Both the position numbers and the translations under genes were made by a program. This document shows positions 33,439-42,519 of a stretch of 56,876 nucleotides of DNA, piece after piece; the first letter of the stretch is position 1; each line of letters opens with the position of its first letter. Origin of the DNA: Coriobacteriia bacterium. GTDB taxonomy: Bacteria; Actinomycetota; Coriobacteriia; Anaerosomatales; PHET01. The stretch is taken from contig JBBREQ010000001.1 in assembly GCA_038202795.1 (NCBI GenBank), forward strand, positions 1 through 56,876, written 5' to 3'. The notes beneath the pieces were generated by a model that ran no database searches, was not told the DNA's origin, and was given only the letters and a program-made list of their open reading frames with translations.

Positions 33439-34285
33439 CGTTGGTCGGCTCATCGTCTGCGCGACGCCCATCGGCAATCTGGGCGATGTCACTCTGCGCG
33501 TACTCGAGGCCCTGAGAAGCGCGGATGCCGTTCTTGCCGAGGACACGCGTGTCACGCGCAAGCTGTTCGCACGCTACGACATCACGACGCCGCTGGAGCG
33601 CTACGACACGAACACCGCGATTCGTCGCACGCCGGAGATCATCGATCGGATTCTCGCCGGCAAGACGATCGCAGTAGTCTCCGACGCGGGCACGCCGGGC
33701 ATCAGCGACCCGGGTGCTCTCCTCGTGGACGCTGCTCTGAGCGCGCCGATACCTGTCGAGGTGCTGCCCGGCGCGTCCGCGGTCATCACCGCGCTGGTTG
33801 CCAGCGGTCTGCCCACCGTGAACTTCTACTTCGGAGGTTTCCTGCCCCGCAAGACCGGGGAGAGAGGCCGACTGCTCGAGTCGCTCGCAGACCTCGACGC
33901 GACGCTGATCTTCTACGAGTCGCCCCGCCGCACCGCGGCTACGCTCGCCGCGCTGGCGCAGGCATTTCCCGGGCGCAGAGGGGCGATGGCGCGGGAGCTC
34001 ACCAAGATGCACGAGGAGGTCGCAGTGGGCCCGCTCGATCGGTTGGCCGAGGAGATCGCGCGCCGAGAGTCGCTCAAAGGAGAAGTGGTGCTGCTCGTAG
34101 GCGGGCCAAGGACCGCACGAGCGGAGCGACCGGAGCCCAGCGCCCCGGCCGACGGCGAGGCTGTGACGGCACGCGTGGCCGAGATCATGGCGACCGGTGT
34201 GACGCGCACGGCTGCGGTCAAGCAGGTCGCTCGGGAGACGGGGCTTGCCCGCCAAGTCGTCTACGACCTTGCGTCTCGCAGCTGA
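33431..34285 (+). CDS. rsmI: 16S rRNA (cytidine1402-2'-O)-methyltransferase
   Basis: GTG at 33431. LIVCATPIGNLGDVTLR, VSDAGTPGISDPG and FYESPRR motifs. Confidence 0.9.
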   Translation: MSDVGRLIVCATPIGNLGDVTLRVLEALRSADAVLAEDTRVTRKLFARYDITTPLERYDTNTAIRRTPEIIDRILAGKTIAVVSDAGTPGISDPGALLVDAALSAPIPVEVLPGASAVITALVASGLPTVNFYFGGFLPRKTGERGRLLESLADLDATLIFYESPRRTAATLAALAQAFPGRRGAMARELTKMHEEVAVGPLDRLAEEIARRESLKGEVVLLVGGPRTARAERPEPSAPADGEAVTARVAEIMATGVTRTAAVKQVARETGLARQVVYDLASRS

Positions 34286-34312
34286 CACGCGGCTTAGGGA
34301 TTGACGCCGTGG

Positions 34313-34558
34313 CTAGCCCTTCTTGACCGCACTCACACACGCCGAGCAGACAGCTCGACCCTTCACGTCGCTCATCTCGACATCGGTGTCCCCGCAGATG
34401 GCACACGAGTCCTTGTGCTTTTGAAGGATGATGCGATCGCCTTCCGTGAAGATGGCGATGGGGTCTTTGACCTTGATGCCTAGGGTCCGGCGGAGCTCCA
34501 TCGGTATGACGATGCGCCCCAGGTCGTCGACGCGCCTCACGATGCCCGTGTCGTGCAT
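34313..34558 (-). CDS. AbrB/SpoVT-family DNA-binding protein with C-terminal CxxC...CxxC
   Basis: TGIVRRVDDLGRIVIPMELRRTLGI is the swapped-hairpin AbrB N-domain. The C-terminus is CAICGDTDVEMSDVKGRAVCSAC. Confidence 0.85.
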   Translation of the reverse strand: MHDTGIVRRVDDLGRIVIPMELRRTLGIKVKDPIAIFTEGDRIILQKHKDSCAICGDTDVEMSDVKGRAVCSACVSAVKKG

Positions 34559-34686
34559 AGCAGCCGCCCTTCTGTCATCTGCTGAGTGATAGCCGCGGCA
34601 AACGGTTAGAATCTTGTCGGCAGGCTGTTGTGTGAGTTGCCGTGCTTACTTTCCAATATTACCCACGGTCACGGAGTCCTGAACAT

Positions 34687-36249
34687 ATGAGCGCAACCTC
34701 GTTTTATCTCACCACGCCGATCTACTACGTCAACTCGGTTCCCCACTTGGGGACCGCGTACACGACAGTTGCGGCCGACGCGCTCGCGCGGTACCGCCGC
34801 ATGATGGGCGACGATGTCTACTTCCTGACCGGTCTCGACGAGCACGGCCAGAAGGTCGAGCAGGCGGCTGCCGAGCACAGTATGACCCCGCAGGAGTGGT
34901 GCGACTCCATCGCACCCAAGTTCCAGGCCGCGTGGAAGATGCTCGAGATATCCAACGACGACTTCATTCGCACCACCGAGCCGCGCCACGAGCGCGGGGT
35001 GCAGAAGCTCGCTCAGGTGCTCTACGACCGCGGTGACATCTACCCAGGGCACTACGAGGGTTGGTACTGCGTCCCGGACGAGACCTACTGGACCGAGGGT
35101 GACCTGGCCGAGGGTCAGACGTGCCCGCAGTGCGGTCGTGCAGTCGAATCCGTGCGCGAGGACACCTACTTCTTCAAGCTCTCCGCCTACGCCGACGAGC
35201 TTCTGGCGTTCTACCAGGCCAACCCCGGCTTCATCGGCCCCGAGACCCGCCGCAACGAGGTGCTCTCGTTTGTGAACGGCGGGCTGAGAGACCTGTCGAT
35301 CTCGCGGGCGAACGTGAAGTGGGGTGTTCCGCTGCCGTGGGACGAGACCCACACGATGTACGTGTGGTTCGACGCGCTCATCAACTACATCACGGCAATC
35401 GGCTACGGAGACCCCAAACGGATCGACGAGTTCGAGCGGCGCTGGCCCGCCCAGTTCCACTTCGTGGGCAAGGACATCATCCGCTTCCACTGCGTGATCT
35501 GGCCGGCACTGCTCATGGCGGCCGGTCTGCCCGTGCCCAAGTCGGTCTACGCGCATGGCTTCCTGCTCACCAAGGGCGAGAAGATGTCGAAGTCCAAAGG
35601 CAATGCCCAGTCGCCCGCAGACCTGGTCGCGAAGTTCGGCGTGGACGCCTACCGCTACTATTTTCTGCGCGACGTGCAGTTCGGCCACGACGGGTCGATC
35701 TCGATGGAGGCCATGGTCCAGCGCATCAACGGTGATCTGGCCAACGACTGGGGCAACCTGTGCTCGCGGCTGTTCAACATGGTGGGCAAGTACTTCGACG
35801 GCCACGTGCCCGAACCCGCCGGATCGCCGCTGCTCACGCCCGAGGACACGGCTCTGCGCGAGATCGCCTTTGCGCTGCCCGATCGCTACGCGGTCGCGAT
35901 GGGACGACTCGACTACGCCGGTGCTCTCGAGGCCACCTGGGACTTGGTGAAGGGCGCCAACCGCTACATCGAGGAGTCCGCACCCTGGAACCTGGCTAAA
36001 TCCGACGAGACCCTCCCTCGCCTGGGTGCCGTGCTGTACAACGCGCTCGAGGCTGTGCGCATTGCCGCGCTGTACTGCGCCCCGGTCATGCCGTCCACTT
36101 CGGCCGAGGTGTGGCGGCGCATGGGCCTGTCGGACATCCGCACCGTCACTGATCTGCCAGCGCAGTCTGAGTGGGGACACCTGCCGGTGGGCAATGCCGT
36201 GGTCAAGGGCGACCCGCTCTTCCCGCGCATCGACAAGGATGCCGAGTAA
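34687..36249 (+). CDS. metG: Methionine--tRNA ligase
   Basis: TTPIYYVNSVPHLGTAYT (HIGH-type), zinc knuckle CPQCG, KMSKSKGN. Confidence 0.95.
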   Translation: MSATSFYLTTPIYYVNSVPHLGTAYTTVAADALARYRRMMGDDVYFLTGLDEHGQKVEQAAAEHSMTPQEWCDSIAPKFQAAWKMLEISNDDFIRTTEPRHERGVQKLAQVLYDRGDIYPGHYEGWYCVPDETYWTEGDLAEGQTCPQCGRAVESVREDTYFFKLSAYADELLAFYQANPGFIGPETRRNEVLSFVNGGLRDLSISRANVKWGVPLPWDETHTMYVWFDALINYITAIGYGDPKRIDEFERRWPAQFHFVGKDIIRFHCVIWPALLMAAGLPVPKSVYAHGFLLTKGEKMSKSKGNAQSPADLVAKFGVDAYRYYFLRDVQFGHDGSISMEAMVQRINGDLANDWGNLCSRLFNMVGKYFDGHVPEPAGSPLLTPEDTALREIAFALPDRYAVAMGRLDYAGALEATWDLVKGANRYIEESAPWNLAKSDETLPRLGAVLYNALEAVRIAALYCAPVMPSTSAEVWRRMGLSDIRTVTDLPAQSEWGHLPVGNAVVKGDPLFPRIDKDAE

Positions 36250-36253
36250 GACC

Positions 36254-37162
36254 ATGCCAACACCTGCCCAGAACCCCGTAGTGCTCGACCCGGTCTTCGT
36301 GGACGGCAAGGGACGCGAGATCGCAGCGCCGGATTTCGGCGGTCTGCCCATCGCCGACACACACGCACACCTCGACATGCTCGAGAACCCCGCCTTGGCG
36401 CTTGCCCGCGCTGCGCTGGCCGGCGTGGGCTTCATCGGCACGGTGACCGACGTCACCGAGGAGGCGTGGCGCACCTACGACGAGCTACTCAGCTGGCAGG
36501 TCAATGCGCGCGAGCTGCTGATGTCGTCGGGCTTCGAAGGCGTGGAGGTGCCCCGGGTGAGGGTGATCGTGGGCGCGCACCCACACAACGCCAAGGACTG
36601 GACAAGCGCTGCGGAAGTCGAGCTCCGCCGCCTGGCATCCGACCCGCTGACCTGCGGGATCGGCGAACTGGGGCTTGACTATCACTACGACCACTCGCCG
36701 CGCGACGTACAGCGCGCCGCCATGCGCTCGCATCTCGAGCTGGCGCACGAGTTCGGCGTGCCGGCAATCGTGCATCTGCGTGAGGCGCACGCCGACGGTC
36801 TCGAGATCCTTCGCGAGGTGGGGATGCCTCCTGCCGGCTGTATCCTGCACTGCTTCAACCTGGAGCCGCAGGTCATGGCGCCATTTCTGGAGCTGGGGTG
36901 CCACGTCAGTTTTGCTGGCCCCGCCACCTTCAAGAAGGCCGAGGAGGTCCGCGAAGCCTCACGCGTAGTTCCGGTCGGGCGGCTGCTCACCGAGACGGAC
37001 TGCCCCTTCATGGCCCCCGAGCCGTTTCGCGGTCGCACCAACGAACCTGCGTTCGTCGCCTTCACCGCTGCGCGAATCGCCGAGGCGCGCGGGGAGGAAC
37101 CTGCGGCGTTCGCGCGTCACACCTTCGCCGCGGCCCTCGAGCTGCTCGATACGGCACGCTGA
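36254..37162 (+). CDS. tatD: TatD-family metal-dependent hydrolase
   Basis: IADTHAHLD..., GELGLDYHY, ETDCPF motifs. Confidence 0.9.
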   Translation: MPTPAQNPVVLDPVFVDGKGREIAAPDFGGLPIADTHAHLDMLENPALALARAALAGVGFIGTVTDVTEEAWRTYDELLSWQVNARELLMSSGFEGVEVPRVRVIVGAHPHNAKDWTSAAEVELRRLASDPLTCGIGELGLDYHYDHSPRDVQRAAMRSHLELAHEFGVPAIVHLREAHADGLEILREVGMPPAGCILHCFNLEPQVMAPFLELGCHVSFAGPATFKKAEEVREASRVVPVGRLLTETDCPFMAPEPFRGRTNEPAFVAFTAARIAEARGEEPAAFARHTFAAALELLDTAR

Positions 37163-37761
37163 TGGATGCCGCCAAGAAGTCGGTCGTACTGTGCATCGCG
37201 GGAAGCCCGCGCCGCAACGGCAACAGCGACCGGTTCCTGGATGCCTTCTCGGCGGGGGTCGAAGAGGCGGGCGGTACCCCCGTGCGCTTGATCGCCGCCA
37301 GCGCCGGCGTGAGCCCGTGTCGCGGATGCAACCTGTGTTCTGAAGCCGGTCACTGTGTGGTGAGCGACGGGATGGACGAGGTCTACGCACTCATCGATTC
37401 CGCCGACGCCCTGGCAATCGCCACGCCCGTGTTTTTCGCGACCGTGCCGGCCGTGCTCAAGACCCTCTACGACCGCTTTCAGCCGTACTGGGCGCGGCGC
37501 TACGTGCTGGGTGAGCCGGCACCCGAGGTACGCCGACCCGCCGCGCTCATCGTGGTGGGCGGTGGAGGTGACCCCTTTGGCAGGGGTTGCGCCATCACGC
37601 CCACACGCAGCGTGCTCGGGCCTGCTGGTTTCGAGCTCACCGAGCTGCTCGAGGTCGACGGGCTCGACACCCCCACAGATGCCGAGAAGCACCCGGCTGA
37701 GCTGGCGAGCGCTCGTCAGATGGGTTTCACACTCGCGCGCGAAGCTGCAGCGCGCCGCTGA
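37162..37761 (+). CDS. Flavodoxin-like fold NAD(P)H-dependent FMN reductase / iron-sulfur flavoprotein-like
   Basis: ATG overlaps the tatD stop. VLCIAGSPRRNGNSD, CRGCNLC and ATPVFFATVPAVLK motifs. Confidence 0.75.
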   Translation: MDAAKKSVVLCIAGSPRRNGNSDRFLDAFSAGVEEAGGTPVRLIAASAGVSPCRGCNLCSEAGHCVVSDGMDEVYALIDSADALAIATPVFFATVPAVLKTLYDRFQPYWARRYVLGEPAPEVRRPAALIVVGGGGDPFGRGCAITPTRSVLGPAGFELTELLEVDGLDTPTDAEKHPAELASARQMGFTLAREAAARR

Positions 37762-37892
37762 GGAATTCCCTACCGTTTCTGGGTTGTTCCTTGGCGACCT
37801 GCGCGTTTGCGCGGTGGGTTGCGTAGCGCTACCATCGACAGTCCCCGCCGTTACCGAGCGGTTGACAACCTGTCGCCATCCTGAGGACTTAG

Positions 37893-38918
37893 ATGAGGGT
37901 TCTGCCACAGCGCACGAACCGGTATCTGAAGCTCCAATACGCCATCGCAGCCATCGTCCCACTACTGATCGTCACACTCAGTATCACCGGTTTCCAGTGG
38001 GCCCAGAAGCGTGTCACCGTCGTCGCTGACGGCCGGTCTCTGCACGTGGAGACTCAGGCCGCCGACGTCGAGACGGTGCTTCAGGAGGCCGGCGTGATGG
38101 TCGATTCCAGCGATGTGGTCTCACCCGGGCTGAACACACCGGCCGACGACGGAATGAACGTCGTGGTACGCCATTCCGTGCCCGTCACGGTGGACATCGG
38201 TGCGGGGCTCCGGGAGCTTGACGTGGTGGGGGAGACGGTCGCTGATGCGCTGGTCGCCGCAGGCGTCGAGCCCGATTCACACCCCGCAGTGACCCCGGAT
38301 GTATCCACGCCGCTCAAGGCGGGCATGTCGATATCGGTTCCGGATGTGTTTGTGCGGCTGACCCGGGAGGAGGAGACGATCACGGCTCCGGTGGAGACGC
38401 ACAACGATCCGTCACTTCCGTCGGGCAACCGCAGGGTCATCGCGACAGGATCGCCCGGGCGGCAGATGAGTGTGTACCGCGTGATGGTTGCGGGCGGCGT
38501 CGAGGGCGCCCCCGTACTCTCCAAGCGGCGCGTGCTCGACGCAGCGGAGCCGCAGATCGTCGCCGTGGGTACGGGCACGAGTCGCACGGTGGCACCGGCC
38601 GTGGACCGCACGTATGCGGTAGGCAAGCGGCCTAAGCACGGGCGCGAGATGCGCGTCGAGGCAACCGGCTATTCGCCCCAGGAGCCAGGTCTCGACTACA
38701 CCACCTCGACGGGAGCGCGTGCTCGGCACGGGGTCATCGCAGTCGACCCGCGCGTGATTCCGTACGGAACGCGCGTCTGGGTGCCGGGGTACGGCGACGC
38801 GGTCGCTAACGACTGCGGCGGTGCCATCAAGCGCAACCGCATCGATCTGTGCTTCGACACTGTCCCCGAGGCCATCCAGTGGGGCCGCCGTACCATCACC
38901 ATCATCATCCTCGACTAG
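37893..38918 (+). CDS. YabE-like cell-wall protein (DUF348 x2, G5, 3D domains)
   Basis: N-terminal TM helix, two DUF348-like segments, a G5-like region (...TGSPGRQMSVYRV...), and a C-terminal 3D domain (GVIAVDPRVIPYGTRVWVPGYG...DCGGAIKRNRIDL). Confidence 0.85.
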   Translation: MRVLPQRTNRYLKLQYAIAAIVPLLIVTLSITGFQWAQKRVTVVADGRSLHVETQAADVETVLQEAGVMVDSSDVVSPGLNTPADDGMNVVVRHSVPVTVDIGAGLRELDVVGETVADALVAAGVEPDSHPAVTPDVSTPLKAGMSISVPDVFVRLTREEETITAPVETHNDPSLPSGNRRVIATGSPGRQMSVYRVMVAGGVEGAPVLSKRRVLDAAEPQIVAVGTGTSRTVAPAVDRTYAVGKRPKHGREMRVEATGYSPQEPGLDYTTSTGARARHGVIAVDPRVIPYGTRVWVPGYGDAVANDCGGAIKRNRIDLCFDTVPEAIQWGRRTITIIILD

Positions 38919-38919
38919 C

Positions 38920-39777
38920 ATGACGACTTCTCATCTTGCCACGCCGCGAGCCACGCTCGACGTCTTGGGCCGCCACGGGCTCCACACGAAGAAGTCACTG
39001 GGGCAACACTTCCTTGTCGACGACAACGTGGTCGCCCGCATCATCGAACTCGCAGCGCTCAGCACAGATGACGTGGTGCTCGAGGTGGGTCCGGGTATCG
39101 GTACGCTCACCGTCGCGCTCTGCGACGCCGCCGGCGCCGTCGTAGCGGTGGAACGCGACGCCCGCCTCGAATCGGTGCTCGCGGACACAGTGAAGGGTTG
39201 CGCGCGGTTCGCCCTGGTGCGCGCCGACGCGACGGTGGTATCGGCCAAGGACATCGCGGCCCCGTTCGGTCCCCCCTCAGCGCTGGTGGCGAACCTGCCC
39301 TATCAGGTTGCCGCGACCGTGGTATTGCGGTTCTTCGAGCTGCTGCCCGACATACGGCAGATGACCGTGATGGTTCAGTCCGAGGTGGCTGATCGTATGA
39401 CCGCCGTGCCTCGCACCAAGGACTACGGTTCGTACACGGTGAAGCTGCAGCTTCTCGCGCGGGCGGCCGGGCGCTTCTCGGTTGCCCGGGGCTGCTTCTT
39501 GCCGCCACCGCGTGTCGACTCGTCGGTGGTTCGCCTCGAACGGTGTGCGGTGGATTCGGACCGTGTGCTTCTGAGTGAGGCAGCCCGACTGGCCGACGCG
39601 GGTTTCGCGCAGCGCCGCAAGACGCTGCGCAACTCGTTGAGGTCCTCGCTCACGGTCTCGGACGTCGCGTTGGACGCGGCGTTGTTGCAGGCCGGGATGG
39701 AGCCGGCCCGCCGTGCCGAGACGTTCGAACCGGAGGCATTCGTCGATCTTGCGCGCGCCTTCCGGGCACAGGCCTGA
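38920..39777 (+). CDS. rsmA: 16S rRNA (adenine1518/1519-N6)-dimethyltransferase
   Basis: KKSLGQHFL and VLEVGPGIGTLT SAM motifs; NLPYQV. Confidence 0.9.
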   Translation: MTTSHLATPRATLDVLGRHGLHTKKSLGQHFLVDDNVVARIIELAALSTDDVVLEVGPGIGTLTVALCDAAGAVVAVERDARLESVLADTVKGCARFALVRADATVVSAKDIAAPFGPPSALVANLPYQVAATVVLRFFELLPDIRQMTVMVQSEVADRMTAVPRTKDYGSYTVKLQLLARAAGRFSVARGCFLPPPRVDSSVVRLERCAVDSDRVLLSEAARLADAGFAQRRKTLRNSLRSSLTVSDVALDAALLQAGMEPARRAETFEPEAFVDLARAFRAQA

Positions 39778-39894
39778 GGACACACCGCGGCTCAGGTCAT
39801 GGCCGCTGTGATCGATTCAGCCAATTTGAGCCTCTACGCTGGTATTTTGCCTCCTTATCGGCTATAGTCACCTTTCGAATAAAGGAGGGGTCAC

Positions 39895-40179
39895 TTGATT
39901 GACTTTGCGCGTCAGGCTGAGGTCGTTGGTCGCATACGATCCGACCTCGAAGGATTGACCGGAGCCCGCATTCGAGTAAGGGCCAACATGGGTCGATCGA
40001 AGATCGTGGAGCGCGAGGGCGTCTTGATGCAGACGCATCCGGCGCTCTTTGTGGTTGAGGTGCAGGAGAAGCGCGAGCGTACGGCACGTGCCTCCTACCA
40101 GTATGTCGATGTGCTCACCGGGACTGTCGAACTGACCCACCCCGAGAGCGGCGACTCGCTGTTTCCGTGGATGAACTAG
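39895..40179 (+). CDS. veg: Veg-family protein
   Basis: TTG start follows AAAGGAGGGG. IRSDLEGLTGARIRVRANMGRSKIVEREGVL...SYQYVDVLTG matches the Veg family. Confidence 0.85.
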   Translation: MIDFARQAEVVGRIRSDLEGLTGARIRVRANMGRSKIVEREGVLMQTHPALFVVEVQEKRERTARASYQYVDVLTGTVELTHPESGDSLFPWMN

Positions 40180-40258
40180 CGCAACACCATGATGGTTCAG
40201 TGCGAGCGCGGTGCCGTGAGGTGACCGCGCTCGTTCACGTCACAGGCGGGGGGCACAT

Positions 40259-41134
40259 GTGCTGCGCGTGATCGCGCCTGCGAAGGTCAACCTGTTTCTG
40301 GGAATCGGACCCGTGCGCCCGGATGGGTACCACGGGCTGGTCTCGGTGTTTCACGCTCTCTCTCTGGCCGATGAGATCTTCATGGAGCCAGCGGAGCAGC
40401 TGATCCTGGAGTGCAACACGGATCTGGGCGTATCGGCGGAACAGAACTTGGCGCATCGCGCCGCCTGCGCATTGGGTGAGGTGTTGCGACGCGAGCCGTC
40501 GGTGCACATCCGCATCAAGAAGCGGATTCCTCATGGGGCCGGGCTGGGCGGCGGGTCTTCGGATGCGGCCGCCGTGATCGTGGGGCTGGCGCATCTATGG
40601 GGTATCGAGGCCGAGGACCCACGCTGCTGGGCCGTAGCAGCCTCGCTGGGGGCCGATGTCCCCTTCTTCCTCACTGGTGGGGCTGCGCTCATGTCCGGAC
40701 GCGGAGACGAGCTTGTACGAAACCTCCCGGCGCTTGCAGGTGCGCCCGCTGTGCTCGTGCGGCCACACCAGCCGGTTCCCACCGGTGCGGCGTACCGGGC
40801 GTTCGACGAGGCACCGGTGGCGCCGGGTGATCCCGCCTCGGTCATAGTCGCGCTCGAGTCGGGCGATGAGGCTGCGCTTGCGGCGGCGCTGCACAACAAC
40901 ATGGAGCAGGCGTCCTTCTCGGTAGAACCGCATGTGGCTGAAGCGGTAGCATGGACGCGGCGGGCACCGGGAGTGAGGGGGGCGATCGTCGCCGGCTCGG
41001 GCTCAGCGGTGTTCGCCCTGTGCGAGGATCATCCGGGCGCGCAGCTGGTTGCGGCGCAAGCCACTTCGCACGGATGGTGGTCCGAGCCGATTGAACTCGT
41101 CGCCCATGGCGCGACGGTAGTCAGTGAGGGGTAG
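40259..41134 (+). CDS. ispE: 4-(cytidine 5'-diphospho)-2-C-methyl-D-erythritol kinase
   Basis: APAKVNLFLGI, PHGAGLGGGSSDAAAV (GHMP kinase motif). Confidence 0.9.
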   Translation: MLRVIAPAKVNLFLGIGPVRPDGYHGLVSVFHALSLADEIFMEPAEQLILECNTDLGVSAEQNLAHRAACALGEVLRREPSVHIRIKKRIPHGAGLGGGSSDAAAVIVGLAHLWGIEAEDPRCWAVAASLGADVPFFLTGGAALMSGRGDELVRNLPALAGAPAVLVRPHQPVPTGAAYRAFDEAPVAPGDPASVIVALESGDEAALAAALHNNMEQASFSVEPHVAEAVAWTRRAPGVRGAIVAGSGSAVFALCEDHPGAQLVAAQATSHGWWSEPIELVAHGATVVSEG

Positions 41135-41137
41135 CCG

Positions 41138-41896
41138 GTGAAGGTCGACGCGGTGGTATTGGCAGGGGGCGACGGCGCGGTCATCGATCCCACGGTGCAC
41201 ATCAAGGGGCTTGTTCCCATCGCTGGCAAGCCCATGGTCGAGTGGGTCGTCGAGGCGCTTCGTGCCTCCTCGACCGTCGTGGAGATCGCCGTGGTCGTTC
41301 CCACGGCTGAGAACCTGGGATCGTGGGCCGACAAGGTCGACAAACTGGTGGTGAGCGACGCTCGTTTCATCGACAACGCGATCGCGGGCATCGACTCCTT
41401 TCGCAACGACCGGCACGTATTGCTGACCACCGGCGACCTTCCGGCGCTCACGCCCGAGGCAGTCGATGACTTCGTCGAGCGCTCCTTAGAGGCAGGCGCT
41501 GACTTCAGCTACCCGCTCATTCGCGCGTCCGACGTGCTCGAACAGTTCCCGGGCTCGAAGCGCACGTTCGTCAAGATCTCGGGTGGTCCGGTCACGGGAG
41601 GCAACATGATGGTGCTCACTCCCGCGCTTGCCGCCGGTGCGCGTGAGATTGGGCAGCGGTTCTTCGAGACTCGGAAGAGCCCTCTGAAGATGGCGCGCGT
41701 TGTGGGCATTCCCTTCGTGCTCAAGATGGCCACCGGTCGGCTGGATCCCACCGACGTCGAGAACAAGTTGGGGGAGTTACTGGGCGGAAGGTGCGCGGCG
41801 ATCTATACCACTCACGCTTCGATAGGCGCGGATGTCGACAAGCCGATTGATGTTGTTGTGTCCGAGAGGGTGCTCTTTGAGCGCAATAAGTTGTAG
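41138..41896 (+). CDS. MobA-like NTP-transferase domain protein
   Basis: N-terminal AVVLAGGDG...PIAGKPMV nucleotidyltransferase motif. 252 aa. Confidence 0.7.
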   Translation: MKVDAVVLAGGDGAVIDPTVHIKGLVPIAGKPMVEWVVEALRASSTVVEIAVVVPTAENLGSWADKVDKLVVSDARFIDNAIAGIDSFRNDRHVLLTTGDLPALTPEAVDDFVERSLEAGADFSYPLIRASDVLEQFPGSKRTFVKISGGPVTGGNMMVLTPALAAGAREIGQRFFETRKSPLKMARVVGIPFVLKMATGRLDPTDVENKLGELLGGRCAAIYTTHASIGADVDKPIDVVVSERVLFERNKL

Positions 41897-41985
41897 GATT
41901 AGTTCGTCGGTGAGCGAAGTAGGGTATTGAAGGGGCGATGGGGGTCGCCGGCCCACAAAGAGTAGGACGCACTTAGGGGGAGCAC

Positions 41986-42303
41986 GTGAAGATCACCAAG
42001 GTCACGCTGAGGCCTGTGGCGATGAACAAGGTCATAGCAATCGCGAGCATCGTGATCGACGACTGCTTCGTGGTGCACGATCTCCGGGTGGTGAACGGCG
42101 ACAAGGGCCTGTTTGTCGCGATGCCATCGCGCAAGTTGCCCAACGGCGACTTTCGCGATATTTGCCATCCCATTTGCACAGAGGCGCGCACGGACATCCA
42201 GGAGACGGTGCTGGCCCAGTTCGCCGTCGAGGGTGGCGCGGAGGCCTTCGAGGCTGCAGCCAAGGCACTCGCCCCCGAAGAGGCTCCTGTCGCGGTCATC
42301 TGA
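41986..42303 (+). CDS. spoVG: Septation protein SpoVG
   Basis: MKITKVTLRPV...IASIVIDDCFVVHDLRVVNGDKGLFVAMPSRK. Confidence 0.9.
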   Translation: MKITKVTLRPVAMNKVIAIASIVIDDCFVVHDLRVVNGDKGLFVAMPSRKLPNGDFRDICHPICTEARTDIQETVLAQFAVEGGAEAFEAAAKALAPEEAPVAVI

Positions 42304-42356
42304 CCCGGGAGTGTACAGTGGGGTAGGACCTCTGGTCTTGGATACGGAGGTCGGTG

Positions 42357-42386
42357 TTGACGCGCCTTCGGGCCAATCCCTACACT
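42357..42386 (+). promoter_or_regulatory. Possible promoter for tRNA-Gln
   Basis: TTGACG (42357..42362), 18-nt spacer, TACACT (42381..42386). It lies about 12 nt upstream of the tRNA. Confidence 0.35.
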
Positions 42387-42398
42387 TCACGGGCACGT

Positions 42399-42472
42399 TG
42401 GGGCATCGTTCAACGGCAGGACGCCAGCCTTTGGAGCTGGTCATCCAGGTTCGAATCCTGGTGCCCCAGCCA
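42399..42472 (+). tRNA. tRNA-Gln (anticodon TTG), CCA encoded
   Basis: Acceptor TGGGGCA/TGCCCCA; anticodon stem CCAGC/GCTGG with loop CTTTGGA; T-arm CCAGG-TTCGAAT-CCTGG. Confidence 0.93.
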
Positions 42473-42519
42473 GTGCACCTCTTTGCCGCGCAGGCGGCAC
42501 CAAGCAGAGGGGACGACCA

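Noticed and set aside
32104-33561. 485-aa ORF on the minus strand
   Set aside because: Antisense to the 32296..33438 membrane protein and the rsmI start. Arg-rich low complexity.
34669-36474. 601-aa ORF on the minus strand
   Set aside because: It is entirely antisense to metG and tatD, whose products have unmistakable motifs. The translation is Arg/Gly/Ala/Val-rich, with the low complexity typical of stop-free antisense frames in high-GC DNA.
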